Below the pieces are notes generated by a model. The model did no database searches. It was not told the origin of the DNA and was given only the letters and a program-made list of their open reading frames with translations. DNA of 64,000 bases, the filler included, from Alcyonidium flabelliforme (lineage: Eukaryota), in the NCBI GenBank assembly GCA_026167845.1. It is 42 parts of 42 records of this genome, joined end to end, with 100 filler letters (N's around TTAATTAATTAA, not from the genome) between each part and the next. Parts side by side here need not be neighbours in the genome. Positions count along the whole stretch, not along the records: positions 39,028 to 40,440 come from JAOQFJ010000150.1; positions 40,541 to 41,950 come from JAOQFJ010000151.1; positions 42,051 to 43,459 come from JAOQFJ010000152.1; positions 43,560 to 44,962 come from JAOQFJ010000153.1; positions 45,063 to 46,459 come from JAOQFJ010000154.1; positions 46,560 to 47,953 come from JAOQFJ010000155.1; positions 48,054 to 49,444 come from JAOQFJ010000156.1; positions 49,545 to 50,931 come from JAOQFJ010000157.1; 34 more parts are not named here. One strand, 5' to 3'. How positions within the stretch are numbered: position 1 is the stretch's first letter; the number at the start of each line of letters is the position of its first letter. Position numbers and translations under genes: made by a program. Shown in pieces: positions 40,201-51,167 of this stretch.

Positions 40201-40639
40201 TTCACCCACTGAACCGAGTTTCACATGCCTTGGGTGCTCTTTTAAGGTGTATGTTAAAAATGTATGTGTGCATATATTTTTCTCGTATATCAATTTTAAT
40301 GGAAGCCAGACAGCGATTAAAATATTGCATCATGAGGATAATGCTAAACGTTAATATGATATATCATTTTTCAATCCTCGGCGTTTCAAATAAGGAATTG
40401 TTTTATCTTAAGGGGATTCCAACCTTTGTACACGTGGTCANNNNNNNNNNNNNNNNNNNNNNNNNNNNNNNNNNNNNNNNNNNNTTAATTAATTAANNNN
40501 NNNNNNNNNNNNNNNNNNNNNNNNNNNNNNNNNNNNNNNNAATTTCATAAGAGTACCGTGGGGCTAATGAGGGGTAGGAGTTATTTGTGTGCAAAGAGGC
40601 GCTATTATAGCAAATGCGGGGTACGCGTATAAGCGTAAT

Positions 40640-40674
40640 AAAAAAACGCCCTCTAAATGAATAGCGAGCGTTTT
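40640..40674 (-). terminator. Rho-independent terminator (bacterial contig)
   Basis: AAAACGCTCGCTA-loop-TAGAGGGCGTTTT followed by a T run; near-identical copy at 41054-41087. Confidence 0.7.
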
Positions 40675-40699
40675 GGGTTTGCTGTTTTAGGGGCTTAGG

Positions 40700-40875
40700 G
40701 TTTTGGAGCTAATCTCGCCATCCGCTACTATCTTATATACCCACTGGCGCGGTGACTAAAGGCTGATAGTGTTCCTGTTGCCTCGATAACCCTCTCAGCC
40801 AAGTCCCCGCAAGCCAGTGTTCACATAAGTATATCCGCTACTGTCGAGGCTAAACCGCTCTTCAGGGCGGCTATT
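40700..40875 (-). ncRNA. Candidate structured bacterial RNA with a long stem and a pseudoknot or antisense loop
   Basis: Nested pairings ATATAC/GTATAT, CACTGGC/GCCAGTG, GCGG/CCGC, GACT/AGTC, GGCTGA/TCAGCC; loop TCGAGGC complementary to upstream GCCTCGA. Confidence 0.6.
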
Positions 40876-41053
40876 ACTAGATTAATATAACTTTGCTAAG
40901 AATAAAGTTTGGAAGAGGTAGAGTTAGACTTGTCAAATTATTGTAGAGAAAAAAAGATAAAGCGCATTTCACTAAATAAATTTGCCTTTCGTAATATAAT
41001 ATAGAACCTCAAGTTCTACTTATGAGTTTATATGTCTATACAGCTTATGAAGT

Positions 41054-41087
41054 AAAAAACGCCCACTAAATAAATAGAGGGCGTTTT
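41054..41087 (-). terminator. Rho-independent terminator downstream of the minus-strand gene
   Basis: AAAACGCCCTCTA-loop-TAGTGGGCGTTTTTT. Confidence 0.75.
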
Positions 41088-41173
41088 GATTTTGTTTAAG
41101 GTATGGGCAGTGTTGAACCTGTGTAATTCTCATAGAGATTGGAACTAAGACACAACACATCCTTGTACGCTTT

Positions 41174-41950
41174 CTAGATTAATACCACTCGCAGGATTAT
41201 TCCTAGTAATACTACTATAAGACCTAAAGCAGACATAATAATATAAGTATTTCTTTGTTTATCAGCATTAATTTTATTATTTAAGATAATCTCTTTATGT
41301 CTTGAATCAGCATTACTCTCACTATCAATTTCTTTCAATTTCTGCTCAAGAGCTTGACGTCTAAGTTCAATAAGCTGATCATTGTCAAACTTATCCTGAA
41401 AAATTTGGTTTAAATTGTACATTAAATCAGGATATACCTCACAAAACTCAATCAATTGAGGCAGCTTATTTCCGTCTTCAATAAACTTTAAATACTCCTG
41501 AATTCTATTAGTCCCTCTAGTGAATCTAGTGGTGGCAGCTAGTTCCAAAGCTTCTCTGATCAAAATTTGTATGTTGTCAAAGTTTTTAAAATGAGGAGTA
41601 ATTTTGATAGTGTCATATCTGTCTAATACTTATTTGCATGTATAGCGATTATGTCAAGACAATCATTAATTATATGTCTTGTAGAAGTAATAGCATCAAT
41701 AAGAGCTAGCTCAAAATCAGTATCATAGTTTTTAGTTAGCACTGCGTAGATAATTGAGGTTTCAGCTCTAGCTAAATAACAAAATTCACTGTTTATCTTA
41801 TCATCGACTTCGCCTATAACATTCTGAACTTGTTTATAAGCTTTCATACTGTGATTTGTTAAGTGGATTAAAAGCGCTAAAAGATGATCATATTTTTCAT
41901 CAATATGTAAATTAGAAGCTTGAGCACCCTTTAGTAGATTAGAAAGAGGA
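41174..41950 (-). pseudogene. Bacterial hypothetical protein with a C-terminal TM helix; 5' partial, one frameshift near 41625
   Basis: ORF 41623-41847 is open to the contig edge; adding one T in TATTAG links ANKY to LDRYDTIKITPHF..., which is in frame with ORF 41174-41563. Confidence 0.55.
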
Positions 41951-42050
41951 NNNNNNNNNNNNNNNNNNNNNNNNNNNNNNNNNNNNNNNNNNNNTTAATT
42001 AATTAANNNNNNNNNNNNNNNNNNNNNNNNNNNNNNNNNNNNNNNNNNNN

Positions 42051-42563
42051 CACAGGGGGGGCGGGGGTGCGCGGCAGACATAGGCTTGCCACAGACTAAA
42101 AATTCCGGTACGCATGTTTAACAACAGCTTTTAAAAATAGACCCTAATGGAGTGTCTTGGACAGCAAAAAAAAAATACCCAGTCGGAGTGAAAAACCTGA
42201 AAAGGTGACCCTAATGGAGTGAAATGTTCAGAGTGGATTTACGACTTTAAAATGCCTTCGTAATGACCTTGATCGATCGTTAAGTAAACAGCGGCAGCAG
42301 TATTGGAGTGAAATGACCGAATAAGAAGTTTTCCTCATTGACGATTTGAGACCCTAAACGCGTGAAATACCTTCTCAGAAATCATACCTTAACGGAGTGG
42401 CGAAAAAATGTGAAAAAGGTACCCTTATTGCCAAAAAAGGCTGAAAAACATACCCTAAGCGCGTAACGCGCGTTACGCGCCGTCATCCCGAAAATGGTAG
42501 CCTTTCACGCGTTTTTTTTCTTAAACATGCGTACCGGGATTTTATGTCGGTGCCCCCCCCGGG
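42051..42563. mobile_element. MITE with a CCCGGGGGGGGCAC-type terminus and internal ACCCTAATGGAGTG repeats
   Basis: AAAATTCCGGTACGCATGTTTAA / TTAAACATGCGTACCGGGATTTT inverted pair; right end GTGCCCCCCCCGGG. Confidence 0.7.
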
Positions 42564-45062
42564 CCCACAAATCGGGGTTAAATGCGTTTGAAACAGTAAC
42601 ACACACTCTCGCTGACGCAAACCCAACATGACTGTTGTTGACCTAAGGAGAACCATCAACCTGCCTATCAACGAAGTAAAGGATGAAGTCACCAAAACCA
42701 GACCAACCATATTTAGATGTAAGAACTCATACACAGATATGGGTGCTAAAAATCATCATAATGGCATTGAGTCCATACTCAACAGTTCAACAGCACAGTA
42801 GCTATGAATTCTTTTTCATATGAATGCGCAATTTAGAGCCTAAACACAAGTGTTAATCTATTGTGTCATTTTTGACACTTTCCAAATTAAATAGTTGCTG
42901 CGTGTATACAATACGTACAACGATTTTCACATGTATGGGCCTGCATAAGGCTAATGCATCTTTATTTTGGCGGCCATTTTGAAAATAGCAGCCATTTTGG
43001 ATTTTTGTCAACAACATTTCATATTTTTATTTCACTTTTAAGTTCTTAAAAGAACACGTCTCCAAGATTTTACAATGATAAGCATGTTTAAACAGTTTCT
43101 CAATAACCTTAATTATGTATTATCTATATCAAGACTAATGATTTGGGGGCCATTTTTAATTTATGCAATTATGCAAATTAGGAAACTTTTTCAGCTTGGC
43201 ATCCACCATTTTTGAAATCAGCTTACCTGAAATATGAAAACTGCATAAGTGGCGTATTAGTAACCACAAATGCCCAAGGGTTACATAGTTTCAAAAACTG
43301 GCTCTAGTCTAAGATGGAAACTGTCAAAAACTGTCCAAAATTATGTGATTTTTGATCAATTTTAGGATTTTTTTCTCAAATATCAGTTGACAATCTCTAT
43401 TTTTCTACTATTAAAATAATATTTATCAAATATAACATGCTTTCTGATAATAAAAAGCANNNNNNNNNNNNNNNNNNNNNNNNNNNNNNNNNNNNNNNNN
43501 NNNTTAATTAATTAANNNNNNNNNNNNNNNNNNNNNNNNNNNNNNNNNNNNNNNNNNNNGGTTTCAATACCCTACTAATCTAATAAAGAGGTTTCTACAA
43601 GCTGAAGGTTCTCGAAGGATTTAAAGACAAATAGAAATGCGAAATGACGATAGGGCAGAGGGATATTGAGGCCGATCTGGATTGGCGCGTACGGCCGACC
43701 GACCCCTTGATGTTACCCCTGAGATTCAGTGCTTGCTCTATTTTCGGCCACCATCTCCTTCATGGACTGGGGATTTGGTACAGTACAGGCAACACCACAT
43801 AGGTGGAAGCATGTCATGAGCATGGCCGAGTAGATTGCCTAACCAAAGATTTAGGTAGCAGAGCAAGAACGTGGAGCATTTTGAAGAGGCTTTCCATGAG
43901 CAAGCCGGCCGAGGGAATGGACAGGGAGCTCTCTACTTTCCGATCTCCATAGTACGATCGACGATCCATGGCTCCAGCGCGGGGGCCAAAAGTTAGAGAG
44001 GCCTGGCCAATTTTTAGGTGCTGATGGTGATCAAAACGGTCGGGATCTGCCGCAGCACGGCCATATTCGACACAACAATTTCAGAGTTTGTGGATACTAA
44101 CCAAATGCATTGAGAAGCTTCTACTACCCGCATTACCCGATACGATACCGGCAGGAAGTAAAGGCGAGGTTTTGGGCTGTTCATCGTTTGGTTGAACCTG
44201 AGAAAAATACCTTGTCGCTAGTGCGTAGCCGGAGCAAATTCCGATATCCCCGATACGCTAAACCATGAACGGCCCGCGTGTCCGGAGACAGACTGGAATT
44301 ACCGTGAACCCCTGGAGACTTGGCGACACAAAATTTTCCCGTTGGCATCCAGGCTGTTCTCTGGCACGACGGGCAGATCCAATCGGAGAATAGCTGGCCC
44401 AGGGTTGAAAGCAGCCGCGGGTATGATATAGCTCTCGGCAAGGCCAGAAAGTGCAGGTGGGCCAGAAAGTGTAGAGCAGTTGACTTTGGATTTCTAGACT
44501 GATATTGATGGATCTACCATTGGTTCTCTTCAACCGAGATCGGTCCGGGCCCAGCCCGGAGCCCACATACCTTCTTGCCTGATGCTGACTTTACCTACGA
44601 ATCACGTAACCCTCAAATGTATATACCATCCGACTGGGGCACATCTGTACCCCGTATTCCCATCCGAAACAGCGGGCCAATATGTACACTGGACAGAACT
44701 CTATCACGATCGATAGGGAAGTCTAGTGAAAAGAACGGCCCGACACACGCTAACTAGGCCACTATGCCCGAGCGGCTGTTCACCACTTAGCCCGAAAAGA
44801 ATATCTTGCCTGCTACCGGTCCTAAGAGGGCTCGCTGATCCTAACGTACACTTCCAGTATATTATAATTGCTAGAGCTTGTTGCGCTGCTATATACACTA
44901 TTCCTTCCTAAACGTTGACAATTATTGGCCACGTAGAAGATATATATCTAGCTCCCTGTGTGNNNNNNNNNNNNNNNNNNNNNNNNNNNNNNNNNNNNNN
45001 NNNNNNTTAATTAATTAANNNNNNNNNNNNNNNNNNNNNNNNNNNNNNNNNNNNNNNNNNNN

Positions 45063-46165
45063 TAAACAATATGTTGTTCTTGATAATACCTCTTCTTCAT
45101 TCATGTCAATTAAAACAGGAGTACCCCAAGGATCGATTTTAGGTCCACTTCTTTTTCTTTTATATGTTAACGATCTTTCAACCTCAACTCAAGCAAAAAT
45201 TATTTCATATGCAGATGACACCTGTCTATTGGCTCCAATGTCCTTAGATAATTCAAAATTATCAATTGAAACTCAAACAAATATTATCAACGAAAAACTA
45301 GATCAACTATACAATTGGCTGTCAGTTAACAAACTTTCTTTAAATACTAAAAAAACAAAATTCATGCTTTTCCATTTCTATCAGAGAGAACTAAAAGAAT
45401 TTCAAATACCTAAACTCAAAATTAACAACAATTCAATTGATAAGGTCGATACTTTTAAGTTTCTAGGAATTCATTTAGATAGTACGCTTTCATGGCATAA
45501 ACATATCAATGAAATTGCGAATAAGATATCAAAAACAAATGGAATATTATCATACTTGTCGCGCTTCATACCATCTAACATTTTATTAATGATATATAAT
45601 TCACTCATTTTATCTCATTTAAATTATGGAATTACCCTTTGGGGATTTGGAAACTATGACAGGCTTCAAACTATCCAAAAAAGAGCTCTTAGAAATGTTA
45701 ACAAATCTTCATTTAGTTCTCATTGTTCTCCTATTTGTAAAACATTCAAAACTCTTCTTCTTGAAGATATATTCAAATTTGCATGTATTAAATTTTATTA
45801 TACATATCAAAACAGTCAATTGCCTCTATATTTTCAAAATGATAAATTTATTAATATGGAATCGTTATTACGAAACTCTTCAAGAGAAACTAAGTTTCCA
45901 AACAAATTTTCTATGTTTCTAACAACAAATGTCATAATACAACCTCAAATTCAAATTCCTATTTCCAAAAAGAAAAATTCACAAAAATGTCTTCGATTTT
46001 ATTTGCCTTATCTAATTAATATAAAATATCTTCCGGATTGTGCAATCACAAAAGTTAAAACACATTCATTCCAAGGCCTCATAAACTATAGCAACAATAT
46101 AATACGACAATAACTATAATGTCATCTGTCAAGTAAGAAATTGCTTTGTGTGTTCCTCTGTTTAA
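45063..46165 (+). mobile_element. CR1/L2-type non-LTR retrotransposon RT C-terminal half
   Basis: GVPQGSILGPLLFLLYVND, YADDT, NKLSLNTKKT, FKFLGIHLD, YNSLILSHLNYG; frameshifted C-terminal CQVRNCFVC. Confidence 0.93.
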
Positions 46166-46559
46166 CGTGTACGTGTGATGTTGCCTGCGAGGGAAGATAT
46201 TCTTGCTGGATTACTCACTTTGTTCATTGTGGTGCTTTGGTCAGATCTTATTCTTTTTTGTGTATTTTGATTTTACTATTAATATGGTCAGAATTTTACT
46301 ATGACGTTTCTGGGTTTCATTCTTTGGTTGCTCAACATTTTTATGGATAAACTGTCTGAATCCTTACCACTTAATCATTCTACTACGATAACAACATTAC
46401 TATCCAATGGTCATCTTAAATATGACATTGTGTTCAATTTTTGTTCCAAATATTTTTGANNNNNNNNNNNNNNNNNNNNNNNNNNNNNNNNNNNNNNNNN
46501 NNNTTAATTAATTAANNNNNNNNNNNNNNNNNNNNNNNNNNNNNNNNNNNNNNNNNNNN

Positions 46560-47066
46560 ATCTAGGGTATTTTCTGACAATGAAAAGACACGAACACCTT
46601 TGGATTCCAATAGATGTATCAAATTACCTATCTTCTTGCTTCCAAGCGCCCAATGCTCTCTGATCGTCTCTGCTGCTACCTCAGGATCACAACCTCTTAA
46701 ATCTATAAAATCTTGTTTAGGAAGTTCAAAATTGTCTTGTATATAATTGTTGACGATGAGACTAAGTCGTCCAGCAGATATAGCAGCATCCCTTTGTGCA
46801 GCTGTCATTTTACTTAATGCACGAAATGAAACCGTCTCAGTAGATATTTCATCAATATCATCTTCAAAGAAGAACTGTGAAGGATAACTGAGAACTTGCG
46901 ATATTTTCTTCAAAGACTCGCTAGAAGGCGGGTTGTTAATACCATCTCTCTCGTATTTAGATATAGTTTTTGAAGACAACCCTGTTTGCTCAGCAAGTTT
47001 CCTATATGTCATCTTGCGTCTGAGTCTTGCAATTTTAAATCTATCAGGATTAAACGCTTTATCCAC
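46560..47066 (-). CDS. XRE-family HTH fused to an ImmA/IrrE-type metallopeptidase (3' partial); putative antitoxin
   Basis: FNPDRFKIARLRRKMTYRKLAEQTGLSSKTISKYE HTH; SFRAL; PEVAAETIREHWALG...NLIHLLESKGVRVFSL; HExxH lies beyond the contig end; probable GTG start overlaps the upstream gene's end. Confidence 0.88.
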
Positions 47067-47742
47067 TCTTTCTAGGCACATCAAAATCAATCCCTACAGT
47101 TGAGTCTTCTTCACTCTTCACGGACGTAAATTTAGGCTTATTCGAAATATCAATAGGTGACAAAATAATTCGCTTTTTATAGCCCGAAATAACTCTATTC
47201 TCTATCTTTGTAGGCAGTCATAGCTCCAATCTACTTTCTTCTTTCCTCTCGTCAATATGAAAAAGAAGTAACCATGTTTGATTTGGATCAGCAGATTCTT
47301 CAGTAATAGCATTTGCATCAAACAAGTCATCACAAGAAGTGAATAAATCTAAATTATCACTCATCAGAATGTTATAGCCCGAACCTTTTTGATTCTTAGG
47401 CTTTGGCTCTTTATCTTTGATGCCAGTATTATTATTGCCTGAATTAACAATAATTGTGATTTTTCTTAGTGAACTTTTAATACCTTCAATACCATTACTC
47501 TCGAAAGGCGTCCCCCAACTATGTTCTAATGCCTTTAGCCTTAACTCCTTCACAACATAATTCCAAGCGTTGTACCCTGCTGCTGATTTTGTAGAAAAAT
47601 CATTGTCTTCACGTTGGTAAGCTCTAAATCCTGCATCTACTGCTTTCGCAAATACTTCATAAGAAAGACCAATTTTCTTAAAATCACTATCATCCTTAGG
47701 CTCGTCTGACTGAGCGATATATTCAGTTTTATAAGCGTGCAT
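47059..47742 (-). pseudogene. Upstream partner gene (putative toxin), interrupted by an in-frame TGA at 47218-47220
   Basis: The frame continues past TGA as LPTKIENRVISGYKKRIILSPIDI...DFDVPRKSG to TAA at 47059-47061; AAGGA RBS before the ATG. Confidence 0.7.
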
Positions 47743-47762
47743 TTCTATTCCTTTATAAATAC

Positions 47763-47808
47763 TAGTTCCACTATTTTAACCTCAAATGAGGTAAAAAAAC
47801 AAGAACTA
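47763..47808 (-). promoter_or_regulatory. Sigma70-like promoter with an overlapping operator palindrome
   Basis: TTGTTT-18 nt-TAAAAT; ACCTCA-AA-TGAGGT and outer TAGTTC/GAACTA share one symmetry centre. Confidence 0.6.
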
Positions 47809-47901
47809 ACTACTTTTTAAGTACGAACGTATGCAACCAATAAATACAAAGTATATATTTGAAATTTTGTCCGTAAGCAATAAAAAACCGCATCTAAAAA
47901 G

Positions 47902-47953
47902 TGAACTGACCCCCGAAACTTGGACAGTTTAAGTTTGCACCAAGGACTGAGTT
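47902..47953 (-). mobile_element. IS3-family (IS150-like) terminal inverted repeat at the contig end
   Basis: TGAACTGACCCCCGAAACTTGGACA with a 5'-TG end; the minus strand reads ..TQSLVQT* like an OrfB C-terminus. Confidence 0.7.
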
Positions 47954-48082
47954 NNNNNNNNNNNNNNNNNNNNNNNNNNNNNNNNNNNNNNNNNNNNTTA
48001 ATTAATTAANNNNNNNNNNNNNNNNNNNNNNNNNNNNNNNNNNNNNNNNNNNNTAAGCCAGAGTTTTGTAAGATGCCGAGAC

Positions 48083-48228
48083 AGGGCGGCAGGGTGGCTC
48101 AGTGGTTGGATCTCGTGTTCATGGCTCACCTGGTCCAGGGTTCAAATCCCAGCTGGTACATGCTGTTGTGAAGGTGAGCTCTTCATTTCAAACCCAGCTT
48201 CTGCTTCTCATACCAGCTTCAAGCTTAA
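48083..48228 (+). mobile_element. tRNA-derived SINE, interrupted at a TTAA site
   Basis: A box TGGCTCAGTGG, B box GGTTCAAATCC. Confidence 0.7.
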
Positions 48229-49211
48229 CCCTTTCAGTCCCAACGACGGATATATACGTCGCGCTAGCGGCCCTCCGTTAAAACATTCGTAATTTCAGTT
48301 AGAATTATTCTACACAGCCATGCTAAATTTCATTGCAAAGCCAACATGTAGGGCTTCATTTTCATTTAATACAACAAGTAGAAATAATGCGTTTAGAGAT
48401 CGAATTTTTGGCTTAGTAAAAAATATTTGTCATTTATATTTCCGGTTTTGAATTTCGTGTACGCGCCCCGTATAAAAATAATGATATCTTGAATATGAAA
48501 AGAGATAGAAACATGATTCCTTTTGCAATAGATAAAGGGTGAATTTAGCCACACGAAAATATAAAAATACAATTGAACTTAGCTATTTTATCTGTTCAAA
48601 TTTAGAAATCGCATCATTTCCGTTTTATATTTGTTATTTATAAAACGCATTTTCAGTCAGTGTCGGGGCACATGTATTTGATATTGCCAGTCACACTCAG
48701 AGGCTGCAGGTAGGTTGTGAATACATGTTTTATATTCAGAATCCTCAGTAGAATCCAATGGTGAAAGTTTTAAGTATCTAGCTCTATTGGTTCGAACGCA
48801 ATTTAGTAATCAATAATTAGCATCTAAACTAGCGTAATAAATAAATAAATTACTTAATTAATTAAAGTTATTGCTGCCATCTACTGAGCTAGGGTGCATG
48901 ATAGACAACCAGAACCAAGTTTACTAGACTCAGTTTTCTGAGAGGATTCTAATGATCATGGTTTCAGATCTTTAAGTGCCAAACTTTAAATTCAGTGGCT
49001 ATAAATCTAAAATGTGTCCCATTTTTTTAATGACCTGGCTTACCCACCAAACCCACCACCCCCACCCGACCCATAACTAGTTTCATCTGATACAGAATTA
49101 TGTTCTGATCACTTTTCATACATACTTCAAGGCTCTAGCTGTCTTAGTTCTCTCAGAATATTGAAATCATGCGAGTCATATCAAATTTGAAAATTGGCCT
49201 GGGACAAAGGG
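48229..49211. mobile_element. Non-autonomous piggyBac-like element
   Basis: TTAA-CCCTTTCAGTCCCA ... TGGGACAAAGGG-TTAA. Confidence 0.75.
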
Positions 49212-49544
49212 TTAAGCGATTAGAACAATATTTTGTTGATTGACAAAAGTGTGTGCACACAGCCAGTGTTCCATAATAATTGTATAACACAGTCATTTCA
49301 AAACTACGGATCAAGTCAATCAAATGAAGCTAAATATTATTACATGAGCCAAGTTGTCGCCAAGTGCAATTGTACTCTAATTGAATTTTAACTTGTTTTT
49401 AATTCAATTGTATTTTAATGATTTCTATAAAATTCTTAGTTCAGNNNNNNNNNNNNNNNNNNNNNNNNNNNNNNNNNNNNNNNNNNNNTTAATTAATTAA
49501 NNNNNNNNNNNNNNNNNNNNNNNNNNNNNNNNNNNNNNNNNNNN

Positions 49545-50530
49545 AAAAACATTCAAAACTTTTTGGACCATATTGAGGAACCAAAACATCTTAATAACTC
49601 CAACATTGGACAAACTAAGAACTTGTACTATTGCAATCAGTTCCACAATAACTATTTAGCAGATGAAAGGGCTCTTAAGAAAATAATTCGAGACAACGTC
49701 AAACCTGTTAAAAACGAAGATCGCCTCTCGCTTATTGTTTATTATCAAAACCGTAAAACTAAGGACTTGGTAATTAAAAACAATATTTCGGCTAAAAACG
49801 TACGTGAGTTATCCAAAACTAACCTGATTTATCAGTTTAATTGTCCCCACTATGAATGCGTTCATTCAAATAATGATAATTCAGTTTATATTGGATATAC
49901 CACATGTACTCTCTCCCGCCGACTTACTAACCACTTGCAGAGCGGTAGTATCAAAGAACATTTTGACCAGGTTCACGGTTCTAAAATATCCAGAACCCAA
50001 ATTGTTGAAAATACTTCAATAACTTATTTTGAAGATGATGTAACTCGATTAAAGATTCTCGAATCTCTTATCATAAAACTTGAACGTCCATCTATCAATA
50101 ATCAAGATACTGGTCAGAGAAGAATTTTGAAATTGTATTCATAGTTTGTGATATTATACTTGTCTTTATATTGTTTGTTTACATAGATGGTCTCTCTATC
50201 TACCGCCAGGTGGCACTGATACTCATGTATTATTCAATTATTCTGTTAAAACGGCGCCTGCGCACTATCGCGTTTTTATTAAAGTTTTAAATTCATTTGA
50301 TGTTACCTCTTCGATGGAAATAGAGTTCCGAAGTACCAGGAAGAAAGTTTTTGTTTTTATATATTTGTGCTATCTAGTTTTAACTACACCACCACCTCAA
50401 CCAAAATGCATGGCATTTCGTGAACTGTTTCAAGGTTTGTCTGAAATTAATGTCAAACTTTTTCGGGACTACGAAAAGACTCGATGGAAAGTTGTGAATA
50501 GCATACACAGTCGTGTTTTCAATGAAACAT
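49545..50530 (+). mobile_element. Penelope-like element 3' end: GIY-YIG (stop at 50144), pseudo-LTR and ORF restart (from about 50410)
   Basis: LIYQFNCPHYEC...VYIGYTTCTLSRRLTNH...HFDQVH...LESLII; MAFRELFQGL...FRDYEKT...VFNET. Confidence 0.9.
50306..50340 (+). ncRNA. Degenerate hammerhead-like motif with a 6-nt altered core
   Basis: CCT-CTTCGA-T-GGAA-ATAGAG-TTCC-GAA-GTAC-C-AGG at the position homologous to the other motifs. Confidence 0.5.
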
Positions 50531-50610
50531 TCTTTTTTCATCTCCGTCTGAAACACATTAGAGGCATTGAGAGTATGTCACCGGAAGCAGAAGTTTCGGT
50601 CACATGACTT

Positions 50611-50931
50611 TCATTCCCTATAACTCAGTAAACATGTTCTGTTGAAGACGATTGTCCACTTATTTTTAATCAGTTTGATTGACGTACGTTCAAAATTTCT
50701 GAATGCTGCTCTTGTCGGGTCTGAGTCCAAGCCATGTAATAATTGTCCAAGAGACATCACCAACAACACAATTCTCATCCACATGGTTTATTGAGAATAA
50801 TGATGAAACAATCCACATACAAACAATAATAATAATCCATACAGTCCAATATTTCGTCTAACTTTAGACATCCTCAGGGAAACAGTTTAAAACTACCGTG
50901 AACACTGATTTCAAACACAAGACATAATATA
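50611..50931 (-). mobile_element. Inverted pseudo-LTR of a second Penelope family, with ORF restart at 50784-50611
   Basis: MWMRIVLLVMSLGQLLHGLDSDPTRAAFRNFERTSIKLIKNKWTIVFNRTCL; homologous to 36930-37230. Confidence 0.85.
50845..50880 (-). ncRNA. Minimal type I hammerhead ribozyme, canonical core
   Basis: TCC-CTGAGGA-T-GTCTA-AAGT-TAGAC-GAA-ATAT-T-GGA. Confidence 0.88.
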
Positions 50932-51031
50932 NNNNNNNNNNNNNNNNNNNNNNNNNNNNNNNNNNNNNNNNNNNNTTAATTAATTAANNNNNNNNNNNNN
51001 NNNNNNNNNNNNNNNNNNNNNNNNNNNNNNN

Positions 51032-51167
51032 TATATAAGGGTAGCAATCCAAAATTTTAAAATATTTGACTAGCAGTCCATTTTTATGCAAAGTAACTGA
51101 TACAAACCAAATTCCAAAATCTATTTATGGATTCAAACGTAAAATTAATCAACATTATTTGCTGTAA
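51032..51167 (-). repeat. Partial inverted copy of the MITE at 1048-1433
   Basis: Reverse complement matches about 1188-1330 (GGGTAGCAATCCAAAATTTTAAAATATTTGA; ACTGATACAAACCAAATTCCAAAAT). Confidence 0.85.

Noticed and set aside
40835..40872. CTGAAGA on the minus strand as a bacterial hammerhead core
   Set aside because: No GAAA after a proper stem II; the segment is better explained as a hairpin loop of the larger RNA candidate.
43560..44962. Short ORFs in a roughly 50% GC contig
   Set aside because: No recognisable domains; probably intergenic DNA of a contaminant.
47218..47220. In-frame TGA as selenocysteine or recoding
   Set aside because: No SECIS-like hairpin is evident downstream; a TCA-to-TGA change or read error is simpler.
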